DNA of 29,083 nt from IMG/VR virus record IMGVR_UViG_3300029092_000236. One strand, given 5' to 3'. Source of the DNA: a virus (taxonomy: Duplodnaviria; Heunggongvirae; Uroviricota; Caudoviricetes). Positions within the stretch are counted from its first letter, which is position 1; every line of letters starts with the position of its first letter. The translations under genes and the position numbers were made by a program. Of this stretch, positions 1 through 11,222 are shown one piece after another. The notes under the pieces are model-generated. The model saw only the letters and a list, made by a program, of their open reading frames with translations, made no database searches and had not been told where the DNA came from.

Positions 1-1553
<1,553 letters not shown>

Positions 1554-1569
<16 letters not shown>

Positions 1570-2132
1570 AACCTCAGTTGTTGTTTTAGTGCATACCCCA
1601 GCTGTTTCGGCATTTCCGCAGCAATGATGTGGTCGCGGGCATCTTCAAATGCCTGTGTCAGCGGTCCGGACAGCGGGATTTTCACCACATCAATGGGGTA
1701 ACGATTTTTGCCATCAATACGTCGCATCACATGCCAGCGACCATTCGCCAGTTGCTGAATAAACGCATCCCGGAAAAGATATTTACCCACCTTCAGCACA
1801 CTGCCACGGTACTGCAGTTTTCCACCACGCCGGGCCAGTCTGACCCGGGCTGTCCCCAGCTTAATGGCGGGCAGATTGCCCCGGTTAACGCGGATCCTGA
1901 CCGTCATTTTTCCTGACGGACTGGCTTTAAACACCCGGACACGCTGACGTACCAGTTTCAGGGGGATCCCTTTCACCTGGTTATCTCCCGCAACGGTATT
2001 CCCGGCAACCTGCCGGGTGGCAACCGAGACCGCTTTCTGTGCCACACGGTTTATCGCCCATGCGCTGGCCTGTGGCACCATACGGGTATCAAGGCTGTTC
2101 AGATTGCGGATGGCATTCTCAAGCCCCTTCAT
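1554..2132 (-). CDS. Minor tail protein Z (lambda gpZ-like)
   Basis: 192 aa, the same length as lambda gpZ, with shared blocks KGLE, AINRVA, PAIKLG, FIQQLANGRWHVMRR, GKNRYPIDVVKIP, LGYALKQQLR. ATG at 2130-2132 preceded by AGAGGTG. Confidence 0.8.
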
Positions 2133-2143
2133 CCCACACCTCT

Positions 2144-2419
2144 TTACTCAATAAAGATCATTGGCTTACCGTTAAAACGTTCATGCCGTGTGACCGTCCA
2201 TTGTTGTCCGTCATAAACAACGCGATCCCCGCGCCGTGGGCGGTATCCCGAAGAAAACACCACCAGAGAGACCGCAGGTCCGGACAGAGCATTCAGCTCT
2301 GCCAGTGTTTCTCCCGGGATCACAGTCATATCGACATCATTAATCGAGGCTGTCTTTCCCATCTTTCTGACCGTGATCGCATCCATACGCGCTGCCAGCC
2401 GGGAAAAGGGATCAGACAT
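2144..2419 (-). CDS. Head-tail joining protein (gpFII-like)
   Basis: 91-aa ORF in the lambda FII position between the decoration-like gene and Z; coupled to the upstream gene. Confidence 0.5.
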   Translation of the reverse strand: MSDPFSRLAARMDAITVRKMGKTASINDVDMTVIPGETLAELNALSGPAVSLVVFSSGYRPRRGDRVVYDGQQWTVTRHERFNGKPMIFIE

Positions 2420-2735
2420 TGAGTTTTACCGGCACTTCTTCTGCACTGGTTCCGGCATCTGCCCAGACAACCCCGACCAGCGGCTCAGAGCCGCTGTTAG
2501 TCAGCTGAACTTTTCCTGACTTCAGATAAACCTTCTTACCCGTTTTCATGTCATCCGTTTTCAGCTTAGGCAGCATAAACACACCTTCGGTTATGCCGTC
2601 GCCTGTTTCTCCCTGTGGAATATCGGTCAGCGCCACCGCAAAAACATCCCCCACCTGCACCAGATCTCCGCTGCTGATGGCTGCACTGGCAACAATCGCC
2701 ACCGTTTTTCCTTCTTCTACAAAATTCTTTGCCAT
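2412..2735 (-). CDS. Small head protein downstream of major capsid (DUF2190-like, possible decoration protein)
   Basis: About 107 aa from ATG at 2733-2735 (MAKNFVEEGKTV...), RBS GGAG 7 nt upstream. Gly/Val-rich small beta-type protein in the conserved position after the capsid gene. The ORF-track N-terminal extension is probably not translated. Confidence 0.45.
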   Translation of the reverse strand: MAKNFVEEGKTVAIVASAAISSGDLVQVGDVFAVALTDIPQGETGDGITEGVFMLPKLKTDDMKTGKKVYLKSGKVQLTNSGSEPLVGVVWADAGTSAEEVPVKLNV

Positions 2736-2776
2736 AACTGTCTCCGCACAGCCCCGTTCAGGGGCTGATTTCAGGT

Positions 2777-2797
2777 ACAAAAAAAGCCCTTACGGGC
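2777..2797 (-). terminator. Rho-independent terminator or attenuator after the major capsid gene
   Basis: Minus strand GCCCGTAAGGGC hairpin followed by TTTTTTTGTACC, lying between the capsid stop (2822) and the next start (2735). Confidence 0.6.
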
Positions 2798-2821
2798 CAT
2801 CAGAGTTGTTGTCTGCGACGT

Positions 2822-4780
2822 TTACGCCGTACATTTCACCAGGCCGCGGTGATCAACTGGCGCAACACCAGCGTCAATACGCACTTTCGTTGTCACGCCA
2901 TCCACACTGAAGCCCTCCATCTGATCAATATATGGCGTATCCACACCGTTGAGATAAGCCACTTCAATCGTATCGGAGCCTTTGGACGCAGCCAGGTAGA
3001 AGGTGGTCTGGCTGTTATCATCAAGACGAGGCTCTGCAATAACGGTCGCAAAATCTTTCACCGGGTTAATAATACCGGCGTTAATGTCAGCCCCCTTGAC
3101 ACTTGAGGAGCGAATGACCTGGTTAGCAACAGACTCCATCGCCGTCGGTACCAGTACGAACGCAGGACGAATATTCAGATGACGCTCACCCTCTTTCTGA
3201 ACGCGCATCAACTGGCGGGCTTTATCCAGCGATGCCACGTCCATTGCCGCGCTCTCCAGTACGTTTGCATGTTTCGCTTTATCGAACAGACTTACATTAT
3301 CTGTGGAGATTTTCGGGTTAGACGTCAGAATGGCATAAACCAGATCGGCAATAGTGGATTTCGCCGCACGGCCCAGCTTCATCGGGACATCGGTCAGCAT
3401 ATTCAGATCATCATTGATAATGGCCTGACGGGTGATACTGAACAGCTCGCCATAGGTCGCCAGTGCAATAGTGGCCTGTTTATCTCCGGTGGTGACGTAT
3501 TTATATTCTGCCCCTTCACGCACCTGACGCAGAGCACTGAAGCCCCCCATACCCACACGATGGGCAATTTTAAAATCAGACAACTGACCTTTCCGCGTCC
3601 ACTGTTCATAGGTTTCAGGGGCATCTTCCCAGCCCTGCAGAATGGCTTTGTTCGCAACATCCAGCAGAATATTACCGAAGTCAGACGTACTGTGTGTGAA
3701 CGCCGCACCGACCATCTGCATCGGGTTATAACTGGAAACACCAATACCACGTTCAGTCAGTGACATACGGGCATATTCACGCAGGGTCATCCCGTTGTAG
3801 ACATTATCACGTTCAGTTTTTTCAAACCCGGCGCGCGCCATCAGCGCCTGGCGGATCCCGTCCCCCACAAAATTACCGTTACCGGCATAAATATGAGCCG
3901 GGGTATTTTTATTGGATGGCGTGGACTCGCGCCCCATCTCGTTCAACAGCTTTTCGCGGGCCTGCTCCAGCGAACATTCAGGATCGGCAAGACACTGAGC
4001 CTGCAACGACTGATAACGCCCGCCAAACATGGCAAACAGATCATTAATACCGTTTACACGCGCTTTTTGCTCTGCCAGGACCTGCGCACGGATGCTGTTT
4101 TCATCCACCACGGGTGCTGCTGCCTGCACTGGCGTCCGGGAGGCTGCAGGTCCATCATCCTGTACGCGTGGAGCACTGTTGCGTGGCGGAGTAATCATAT
4201 TTCGAATGGATTCCGGCATCTTTTTAAATTCCTCTGTACGTTTTGACTGAATACATGCCATTGCCTTAACGGCTGGTGTCACCTGATCAGCAAATCCCTG
4301 TGCCAGACATTCGGCACCGGACATCCAGGTCTCATCCGCCAGCATGGCAGCAATTTCATCGGTGGTTTTCCCGGTTTTCTGTGCATAAGCGGGTAACAGA
4401 ACCGCCTCAACTTTATCGAGCAGGTCGGCATAGGTGCGCATGTCCTCCGCATCACCGCCCGTAAAGCCAAATGGTTTATGAATCATCATGAAGGAGTTTT
4501 CCGGCATAATGACCGGGTTTCCCACCATCGCAATGACCGACGCCATTGACGCCGCCACACCGTCGACATAAACGGTAATGGACGCACCATGTGTTTTCAG
4601 TGCATTAAAAATGGCGATGCCTTCAAAGACATCGCCACCCGGTGAATTAATATGGAGATTAATGTGGGTGATATCGCCCAGTGCATTCAGATCACTGATA
4701 AACTGCTTCGCCGTAACACCCCAGAAACCAATCTCGTCATAAATATAAATATCCGCGTCACTCTGGTGACCTGCCTGCAT
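2822..4780 (-). CDS. Prohead protease (ClpP/S14-like) fused to HK97-fold major capsid protein
   Basis: N-terminal region has ClpP-like motifs (INSPGGDVFEG, GVAASMASVIAMVG, MMIHKP); the C-terminal about 400 aa is capsid-like. Probable ATG at 4778-4780 (MQAGHQSDADIYIYDEIGFW), just after the portal stop. The ORF-track start at 5041 would overlap the portal gene. Confidence 0.75.
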   Translation of the reverse strand: MQAGHQSDADIYIYDEIGFWGVTAKQFISDLNALGDITHINLHINSPGGDVFEGIAIFNALKTHGASITVYVDGVAASMASVIAMVGNPVIMPENSFMMIHKPFGFTGGDAEDMRTYADLLDKVEAVLLPAYAQKTGKTTDEIAAMLADETWMSGAECLAQGFADQVTPAVKAMACIQSKRTEEFKKMPESIRNMITPPRNSAPRVQDDGPAASRTPVQAAAPVVDENSIRAQVLAEQKARVNGINDLFAMFGGRYQSLQAQCLADPECSLEQAREKLLNEMGRESTPSNKNTPAHIYAGNGNFVGDGIRQALMARAGFEKTERDNVYNGMTLREYARMSLTERGIGVSSYNPMQMVGAAFTHSTSDFGNILLDVANKAILQGWEDAPETYEQWTRKGQLSDFKIAHRVGMGGFSALRQVREGAEYKYVTTGDKQATIALATYGELFSITRQAIINDDLNMLTDVPMKLGRAAKSTIADLVYAILTSNPKISTDNVSLFDKAKHANVLESAAMDVASLDKARQLMRVQKEGERHLNIRPAFVLVPTAMESVANQVIRSSSVKGADINAGIINPVKDFATVIAEPRLDDNSQTTFYLAASKGSDTIEVAYLNGVDTPYIDQMEGFSVDGVTTKVRIDAGVAPVDHRGLVKCTA

Positions 4781-4793
4781 CCTGAACCAGGAA

Positions 4794-6302
4794 TTATTCT
4801 TCGGACTGGTCGTCGGTGTGCTGCGGCTCCTGTCGTTTCGTTGCGGCACTGCTGCCTCCTTTATCACTGGCCGGATCGGTATCAAATACCAGATCCAGCT
4901 TGCGGTTTTCATCAATTTCGGCCTTGCGCCGACGTTTGACATCATCTGGATTACGACCACCTGCACGTACCCAGTCTGATTCTGTCGCCGCTCCACCACG
5001 AATCTGAATTTTCCAGGCCTCAGCCTCCTTAACAGGGTCAATCCACGGCATCACCGGTCCGGAATACACCGCGGTATACAGTGAAGAACGATCAAGATCG
5101 CGGGGTAGCCTGATAACACCGGATGCCACAGCCTGTTTCAGCCAGGCACGATACATCGGGCGGGTGACGGCACCAATAAACCAGTCCTGCAGGATCAGGT
5201 AGCCATCAGTGGATTCAACCAGCTCCTGACGCTGGGCGCTGTAAGTGCCGTTATAGTTGCGCGCTGTACTGGAAAAACTCAGACGACTGCCCGCCGCCAC
5301 GGCACGCAACTGACCATTACGAAAAGTTTCAAGATTAGGATTGGGGCGATCCGACTTCACCATTCCGATTTCTTCGCCGGGTTTCAGATCGTCGTAAATA
5401 ATGCCTGGCTGAATGGTAAGCTCGCGTTCCTTATCCTTGCTGCCATTACCATCCGGTTCATAGCTCTGCCCGTCGCCTTTCCGGATGTACATCCCCAGAG
5501 CAGCGGCGATCCTTGCTGCAGTCAGCTCAGAATCTTCATACTCTTTCAGGGCACTGAGGCGGATCAGCACACCGGACAACAAAGACGTCCCGCGCATCTG
5601 GTGCAGACGGCGAACAAATTTAAGATGCAGCATTCGCTCTGCATCCACTTCTTTGGTTTCCATCTGCCGTCCGGATACGGGACGGCTTTTATACACCAGA
5701 TATTTTTCGGGACGCCCCCAGTCATCAACAAACACGCCCTGATTCAGCCTGTTGCTCTCATCACTGGTCATGGGAATAAAGTCCGGCTCGAGCGCCTCCA
5801 GCCAGAAATGAACACCGGCAGAAGGCGTCAGGCTGTTTATGCGCCCGGAAACCATCTGGGCAAACACCTCACCATCGCGCAGCCAGGTACGCAACATCAG
5901 ACGTTCCAGCATCGGACGGGTAAACTGCCCGGTGACTTCCGGACTGACAGACCATTCACTCCATCGGGTGCGTATCTCCGCTGCCAGATCACGGGCAATG
6001 GCCCCATTGCGTAATACCGGATGTGGCTCGACAATAATCCCGTTTTTCCCCACCACCCGTTCTTCCAGCTTGTCAAATACACCAATGACCAGATCGTGGT
6101 TGTTATCAAGGTAACGGGCCTGCTCACGTAACGACACGGCCCCGTACTGGCTTAACTGGTCGGCAGTTCGGTTTTCCCGCCGGGCTTTGTGTGTCCGCGT
6201 CGTTTTTACGGCCTCATAAGCCTGGATCACCGCACGGGAACGCAGCCTTGCCGCTTTCCATCCTGGTGAAAAAACGCCAATCACATCATCAAGAATTGCC
6301 AT
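4794..6302 (-). CDS. Portal protein (lambda gpB-like)
   Basis: About 500 aa between gpW and the protease-capsid gene. ATG at 6300-6302 overlaps the gpW stop (TGATG). Call rests on size and position plus lambda-B-like character. Confidence 0.8.
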   Translation of the reverse strand: MAILDDVIGVFSPGWKAARLRSRAVIQAYEAVKTTRTHKARRENRTADQLSQYGAVSLREQARYLDNNHDLVIGVFDKLEERVVGKNGIIVEPHPVLRNGAIARDLAAEIRTRWSEWSVSPEVTGQFTRPMLERLMLRTWLRDGEVFAQMVSGRINSLTPSAGVHFWLEALEPDFIPMTSDESNRLNQGVFVDDWGRPEKYLVYKSRPVSGRQMETKEVDAERMLHLKFVRRLHQMRGTSLLSGVLIRLSALKEYEDSELTAARIAAALGMYIRKGDGQSYEPDGNGSKDKERELTIQPGIIYDDLKPGEEIGMVKSDRPNPNLETFRNGQLRAVAAGSRLSFSSTARNYNGTYSAQRQELVESTDGYLILQDWFIGAVTRPMYRAWLKQAVASGVIRLPRDLDRSSLYTAVYSGPVMPWIDPVKEAEAWKIQIRGGAATESDWVRAGGRNPDDVKRRRKAEIDENRKLDLVFDTDPASDKGGSSAATKRQEPQHTDDQSEE

Positions 6303-6514
6303 CAGAACCTCGCAAGCCGGTACCCGGGATGCCCCCGTCGTCGTGTAATCAGAGCCGCAAGGCGGCGCTCCCACTCCTGCCGTCCCTGCCGGATCTCAGA
6401 TAAGTTTTCCATGGTCATCTGCTGACCATTAAAGGTGACGGATTTTCCGTCCAGCACCGCCATTTCAGCTTCCGTATAACGCTGAATCATGGCTTCGATA
6501 TCATTCTGGTTCAT
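6302..6514 (-). CDS. Head-tail joining protein gpW-like
   Basis: About 70 aa between TerL and portal, as in lambda W. ATG at 6512-6514 overlaps the TerL stop (ATGA); GGAGG sits 6 nt upstream. Confidence 0.6.
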   Translation of the reverse strand: MNQNDIEAMIQRYTEAEMAVLDGKSVTFNGQQMTMENLSEIRQGRQEWERRLAALITRRRGHPGYRLARF

Positions 6515-8613
6515 AACCATCCTCCGGAAGTCAGCCAGGGGTTAACATCGTCAGTTACTGTTTTCTTCCGTTTTTGTTTTTTAACAGGCGTGGATACCGG
6601 TTCCGGTGTGGGTGACGGTTCGGTACTGTCCGGGACACACTCCAGCCAGGTTTCCCGGCTCGCCCACTCCGGTGCATCCGGCCAGCGGATCTTTTCGTAT
6701 CCATGCAGAATGACCAGAGCCTCGGCATACACCATCAGGTCAAAAGCTTCGTTGGCACCGCGACCCGGCTTACTCCATTTCCCGTCACTGCTCCGCTCTT
6801 CATACGTCAGTTCGTCGTAAAACCAGCTCCCCAGCCAGTCAGGGAAATGCACATAGCCGGGACCTGGCGAGTCACGCCATAACGCGTTATTCACCCGGTC
6901 TTTCAGGGCATCCGTCTGAAGAAGCCAGAGCGGTACATCACCTGCGGCCTGCGCCCGTCGGCCCGTTCGTCCGGTGTTATCAGGGAATGTACGGGTGATC
7001 AGTTTTGCGCGCCGGATGCTGTCGCCCTTAAACAGGTAAATACGTTTACCAAGGCCATCACGACGGCAACGACGCCAGAATTTATAGGCATTATCAGTGA
7101 CTCCGTCTTCACCGCCGGAGTCCACCGCCATTGCCATCAGTCGCATTTGTTGAGAAGGATCGGAGGCCAGCGGCCAGCTTTTATGAAAAACATCCGTCAG
7201 CAGGACATCCCAGTCTTCCGGATAGCTGGCCGGATCAATTCGCTGGCTCTCCCCGTCGCTGTCACCGCGCAATGACTGCGTGATGTTGTAACGATCAATA
7301 ATCCAGCGTTCGCCACGGCTGCCATAGCCCGTTACCTGAACCACAAAACGGCGATGACGTCCCGCCTGCACATCAACTGTCGCCACCAGGAAATTAACGC
7401 CATCCGGCACACTGCGGGAAGGAACTGGCTCTGCCCGCTGCTCAAGCAGTTCACTTTTTCGTTGCTCCATGCTGGCACGGGGAAGATAAGGTAATCCCCA
7501 GTCGGTATTGATAACCGTCTTGAGTGTTTCTTCACTTCCGGTTGTCTCGTATTCCTGTTCTGCAGCAAGCAGTTTGTAAACGAGTTGCGAGAGTGTCTGG
7601 TAAGCAGCTGCCGGACCCTCCATCCAGAATGACGCAATACGTGAGCGTCGGGGATCACCATAACGACTGCCATCCGCATTGATGGATTCACCATCCCGCA
7701 ACCAGACCCCACGTCCGTTCAGCTCACGTTTTTGTTCAGGCATAATCCGTCCTGAACAGGAAGGACACTGAATATAAGCCGCCTCACTTGCCAGCACGGG
7801 ATCGGCAATATCACGGAAACCAGCAACCACATCGCCGCAGGGCTGAAAATACTCACCACAGTGTGGACAGGGCCAGTACCAGCGACGGCGATCGCCACGG
7901 TTATAGAGCGACAGTATCCCCGTGGTTGGTGGAGCCTCATGCGGTGAAGTCCGTCGCCATTTCACATCCTTCACATCCCTGCCGGGGGAACTCTCCACCA
8001 GCGTCATACCACTGGACATAAATGTGGTGGTACGTTTTGAGGCAAGAGAGAAGGCATCCCCCTCGCCATCAATATCTTCCGGAAAACGGTCATAATCCGT
8101 CAGCGCCACGCATTTATAATCTGATGAGGACATGATATTGACTGACGGCCAGCCGATTTTCAGGTAGTTGCCAGCAAGGAATGTTCTGTCATAAACGTTG
8201 TTGTCATTTTTGTTCGGACTCAGGCGACTGACCACTTCCGGGCTGACGCGAAACGTTCTGGCAAGTCGTTTTTTGGAGTGTTCGCGGGCTTTTTCCTCCG
8301 TCATCTGAATGATCAGCATATCAGCAGGATCGCAAATCACGTTGTAAATCACCCAGCCGTCAATCAGGCCGATAGTCTTGCCAGTTCGTGCCGGGCCAAC
8401 AAATATCACTGCGTCGTATTCACGCGAGGCCAGGCAGTTCATCGGCTCAATAACATACGGTGCCACCAGCGGATCCCACGGGACTGAGTTCCCGGCCCCC
8501 ATGGGCACCCGCATATACTGAGCAACGGCATCAGCAACCCGCATTCGTCTCGGTGCGCGAAGGATATAACCTGAATCGGTTCGTGCTGCCTTTGCGGTTT
8601 CCTGATTCAGCAT
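6511..8613 (-). CDS. Terminase large subunit (lambda gpA family)
   Basis: 700 aa with Walker A VGPARTGKT and a zinc-ribbon-like CPHCGEYFQPCGD comparable to lambda gpA ACPHCGEE. Start overlaps the TerS stop (TAATG). Confidence 0.9.
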   Translation of the reverse strand: MLNQETAKAARTDSGYILRAPRRMRVADAVAQYMRVPMGAGNSVPWDPLVAPYVIEPMNCLASREYDAVIFVGPARTGKTIGLIDGWVIYNVICDPADMLIIQMTEEKAREHSKKRLARTFRVSPEVVSRLSPNKNDNNVYDRTFLAGNYLKIGWPSVNIMSSSDYKCVALTDYDRFPEDIDGEGDAFSLASKRTTTFMSSGMTLVESSPGRDVKDVKWRRTSPHEAPPTTGILSLYNRGDRRRWYWPCPHCGEYFQPCGDVVAGFRDIADPVLASEAAYIQCPSCSGRIMPEQKRELNGRGVWLRDGESINADGSRYGDPRRSRIASFWMEGPAAAYQTLSQLVYKLLAAEQEYETTGSEETLKTVINTDWGLPYLPRASMEQRKSELLEQRAEPVPSRSVPDGVNFLVATVDVQAGRHRRFVVQVTGYGSRGERWIIDRYNITQSLRGDSDGESQRIDPASYPEDWDVLLTDVFHKSWPLASDPSQQMRLMAMAVDSGGEDGVTDNAYKFWRRCRRDGLGKRIYLFKGDSIRRAKLITRTFPDNTGRTGRRAQAAGDVPLWLLQTDALKDRVNNALWRDSPGPGYVHFPDWLGSWFYDELTYEERSSDGKWSKPGRGANEAFDLMVYAEALVILHGYEKIRWPDAPEWASRETWLECVPDSTEPSPTPEPVSTPVKKQKRKKTVTDDVNPWLTSGGWL

Positions 8614-9104
8614 TACTCCTCCTGCTGTAATTCCTCCTCATCATCCGCACCTGCTTCGGTCACCCGCAGGGCTATCTGATCGCGCAGATCATCAATAATG
8701 GACTGAACACGGCTCACAGCGGCAGGCTGCAGGCCGCAGTCACGTTCCAGAATATCCGGTAATGTCTCCAGCACCTGCACGACCGCTTTTGCCCAGATGG
8801 CAAACTCCCGTCTGACATCACTGGCCGGAATGAGTTGTGCCGTTTCCTGTTCGAACTTAAGACGCTCACGTTCAGACTGATACCAGGCTTTGCGTTCATG
8901 TGGATCCATTTCGCCCTCAGCAACCGGCGGTGGTAACCCCATAAATTCAGTCAGAATATCGGTCAACCGGTATAGCTTGAGTTTGTCATGTCCACCAGCG
9001 GGACGAATGTTTTTCAGTCTTGCCACGACAGTCTGGCGGTGCAGACCAGATAAAGCCGCCAGTTGATTAATATTCAGCACCAGGTTTTTCAACTCATGAT
9101 CCAT
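8613..9104 (-). CDS. Terminase small subunit (Nu1-like, N-terminal HTH)
   Basis: 163 aa immediately upstream of and coupled to TerL. N-terminal HTH-like NINQLAALSGLHRQTVVARL, acidic C-terminus. GGAGG RBS before ATG at 9102-9104. Confidence 0.7.
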   Translation of the reverse strand: MDHELKNLVLNINQLAALSGLHRQTVVARLKNIRPAGGHDKLKLYRLTDILTEFMGLPPPVAEGEMDPHERKAWYQSERERLKFEQETAQLIPASDVRREFAIWAKAVVQVLETLPDILERDCGLQPAAVSRVQSIIDDLRDQIALRVTEAGADDEEELQQEE

Positions 9105-9149
9105 ATTTCCTCCGGAGAGCTTTAAACATGCATCGTGCGAACAACTTTA

Positions 9150-9300
9150 AGAAAACGCGTTCGATGTCGAACAAAAAACACTCAATTCGACATACAAAAA
9201 ACAAACAACCATTAATAATCAATAAGATGCAAAGATGATGGTGGCCGATAAAAATGCAAAAACTAGCCTTTTTCCGCGACGCTCCCGCCCCGTGGCAGGG
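9150..9300. other. Candidate cos region (cosN-like GC-rich core plus cosB-like repeats) upstream of TerS
   Basis: Minus strand at 9274-9295 reads CCACGGGGCGGGAGCGTCGCGG, close to recalled lambda cosN context ACGGGGCGGCGACCTCGCGG, at a similar distance from the terminase start. Repeated TCGAACAAAAAACA / TTCGACATACAAAAAACA elements and palindrome GTTCGATGTCGAAC at 9159-9210. Confidence 0.4.
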
Positions 9301-9656
9301 ACCCCCACTGGGAGGACCCGACAGCCTGACAACCGTGACGAGCATCTGAAACAGAGCGTTACATAATGGCATGGGGATAATTCAGAAGGACATCACAGCA
9401 TGCCCACACAAATTAGTGTGAGTGTCCTGTTTCTTACTACGCGCAGGACTGACGAGCATGAGGGGAAAATACGCGAACCGAAATGCCTTATCTTCAGAAA
9501 TGCAGCCGGCATCCGAACTGGACGATATTGTAAATTCACCTAAATACGAGGCATTGCTGTAGTTGAATTGCAGTACTGTATTAGCCTTACAGTGACAGAA
9601 TACGATATTGACTCTGTCACTTGTGAAATGGTCAGAATGGTTAGCAGTTATGGTGA

Positions 9657-9863
9657 TCAGTCAACCACCAGGGAATAATCCTTCGTATTCTTATCGTGCT
9701 TTACTAACGCGGCCTCAATTGCCCTGAATGCTTCCAGAGATACTTGATGTTCTATACATGCAATTACAACATCCGGGTAACCCATCGAAATGGTGCTATT
9801 AAGCATAGTTTTTACACGAACCTGCTCCTGGGAGGGGGCATCAGTGTATTGATCTTTATGCAT
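9657..9863 (-). CDS. Hypothetical small protein (68 aa)
   Basis: ATG at 9861-9863 with GGAG 7 nt upstream; clean ORF in the AT-rich moron belt. No family recognised. Confidence 0.4.
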   Translation of the reverse strand: MHKDQYTDAPSQEQVRVKTMLNSTISMGYPDVVIACIEHQVSLEAFRAIEAALVKHDKNTKDYSLVVD

Positions 9864-10074
9864 TTTGTCGCTCCATTCGTTTGCTCTTCACTTGCGGCTA
9901 AAAATATAACGTCAAATCACTCAGCATGAAAGAGTGAAAGTTTCAGCGCGTTTCCCTTACATAATCTGTCGTTTGTATTCTCTTCAGGCATACCGGAAAG
10001 ACTAGGTATTGTCACACAACCAATACCATTGACAATCGAGATTTATATCTATTCGGTAATGTTTAAATATAACA

Positions 10075-10100
10075 AAACCCCGTAAAAACGAGGTTTATGG
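10075..10100 (-). terminator. Possible weak terminator downstream of the gns-like gene
   Basis: Imperfect hairpin AAACCTCG / CGGGGTTT followed by a T-rich tract on the minus strand. Confidence 0.3.
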
Positions 10101-10158
10101 GTAATTTGTATTGTTGAATAGCATCTGATGAGAAATTGATGCTAATACTATAAACATG

Positions 10159-10332
10159 CTAGATTAAATCAATCTTGATATCATAGCTTTCAAGACCAGT
10201 CATTTTTTCCCGTGCAGTAAACTGGATACTGGTAACTTCTTTCCCGGTCTTTTTCTTAAGCTCAATGATTTTTTTTGTTATATATTCAGAAATATCTGCT
10301 TCTGTTTTTGTTTTTAACTCTTCAATGTTCAT
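10159..10332 (-). CDS. GnsA/GnsB-family small protein
   Basis: From ATG at 10330-10332 the 57-aa product MNIEELKTKTEADISEYITKKIIELKKKTGKEVTSIQFTAREKMTGLESYDIKIDLI matches the recalled Gns family. The ORF-track N-terminal extension is unlikely. Confidence 0.7.
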   Translation of the reverse strand: MNIEELKTKTEADISEYITKKIIELKKKTGKEVTSIQFTAREKMTGLESYDIKIDLI

Positions 10333-10504
10333 CATTTCCTCTTTTAGTCTGTTATGACTGTCCTGGTACACAGTAGTGTCAATTATATGGAGCAAACGTA
10401 TAAAAGATAAGATGAAACATCGCAATAATCAACATACGACGGTCTAAATTTCACACAAACAGATAAAGATGATTATCATTTATTATCAATGCATTAGAAT
10501 CAAA

Positions 10505-10735
10505 TCAATTCAAGAGTCTCATTGCTGCTTCCAGAATTTCTTCTGAAGTTACATGTCGATCCGCTGCTACATAAATGACTTTATGATCTCCGGTCAGAGA
10601 TGGAAACCCTGCAGCCATTACAGTGAGGTGTGTTGTTTCGCCATTTGGATATTCACGCATGATGGTGTTAACTCCGGTCATCACTGGCACTACCATTGCT
10701 GGTTCAGAGTTAAAAAAAACTATTATTTTTTTCAT
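10505..10735 (-). CDS. Hypothetical small protein (76 aa)
   Basis: ATG at 10733-10735 (MKKIIVFFNSEPAMVVPVMTG...). No family recognised; lies between the gns-like and cspI-like genes. Confidence 0.4.
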   Translation of the reverse strand: MKKIIVFFNSEPAMVVPVMTGVNTIMREYPNGETTHLTVMAAGFPSLTGDHKVIYVAADRHVTSEEILEAAMRLLN

Positions 10736-10774
10736 AATGTTACCGTAATATGTGAGTATCCATCGACTAGACAC

Positions 10775-10800
10775 TAAGCAAAAAAGCTCCCGAAGGAGCC
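10775..10800 (-). terminator. Rho-independent terminator between the cspI-like gene and the next gene
   Basis: Hairpin GCTCC-CGAA-GGAGC at 10786-10799 followed on the minus strand by TTTTTTGCTT. Confidence 0.55.
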
Positions 10801-11006
10801 TTCATTTTCACTTTCTTAAATCTAACGACAGATGGCTAACATTTAAGTATTGTGAAATATTATCAAATGTAATCATCATTGATTTACAAAAGATACATTT
10901 TGCCCCGAAAGGATTTCTGTCAGAAACATCAAAAGATGATGTTCTATACTGAGAACCATGGCAACACGGGCATCTAAAGTGAATATGGTTTGTAATATTT
11001 TCTACC

Positions 11007-11222
11007 TCAAAGTGCCACTACATGAACAGCTGCAGGGCCTTTAGGTCCGTTCTCAATACCAAATTCGACTTCCTGATTCTCAGTTAACGTTTTGAAATCG
11101 TTGCTCTGAATAGCTGAGAAATGCACAAACACATCTTTGCTACCATCTTTCGGCGTGATGAAACCAAAACCTTTTTCAGGGTTAAACCATTTCACTAAAC
11201 CAGTCATTTTGTTAAACATCAT
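11007..11222 (-). CDS. cspI: Cold-shock protein, CspA family (CspI-like)
   Basis: 70 aa with [66 protein letters not shown]; RNP1/RNP2 motifs present. Very close to recalled CspI. Long AT-rich 5' leader upstream. Confidence 0.85.
   Translation of the reverse strand: MMFNKMTGLVKWFNPEKGFGFITPKDGSKDVFVHFSAIQSNDFKTLTENQEVEFGIENGPKGPAAVHVVAL

Noticed and set aside
3179-4250. Plus-strand ORFs (95-194 aa) antisense to the capsid/protease gene, and similar antisense ORFs inside the terminase and portal genes
   Set aside because: They lie wholly within strongly supported minus-strand genes and have no start context. Typical shadow ORFs.
4780-5041. N-terminal extension of the protease-capsid ORF in the ORF track (start at 5041)
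   Set aside because: Would overlap the 3' end of the portal gene by about 250 nt in another frame. The in-frame ATG at 4778-4780, just after the portal stop, is the more plausible start.
9094-9372. 92-aa minus-strand ORF overlapping the candidate cos region
   Set aside because: Overlaps the TerS start and the cos-like elements, and has a Cys/Phe-rich low-complexity translation. Likely spurious.
11013-11025. 13-nt match (GTGCCACTACATG) between the IS terminus region (1241-1253) and the cspI-like coding region; considered as a second IS remnant
   Set aside because: The match lies inside an intact cspI-like codon series, extends past the IS end into flanking sequence, and a 13-mer coincidence is expected by chance in about 29 kb on two strands.
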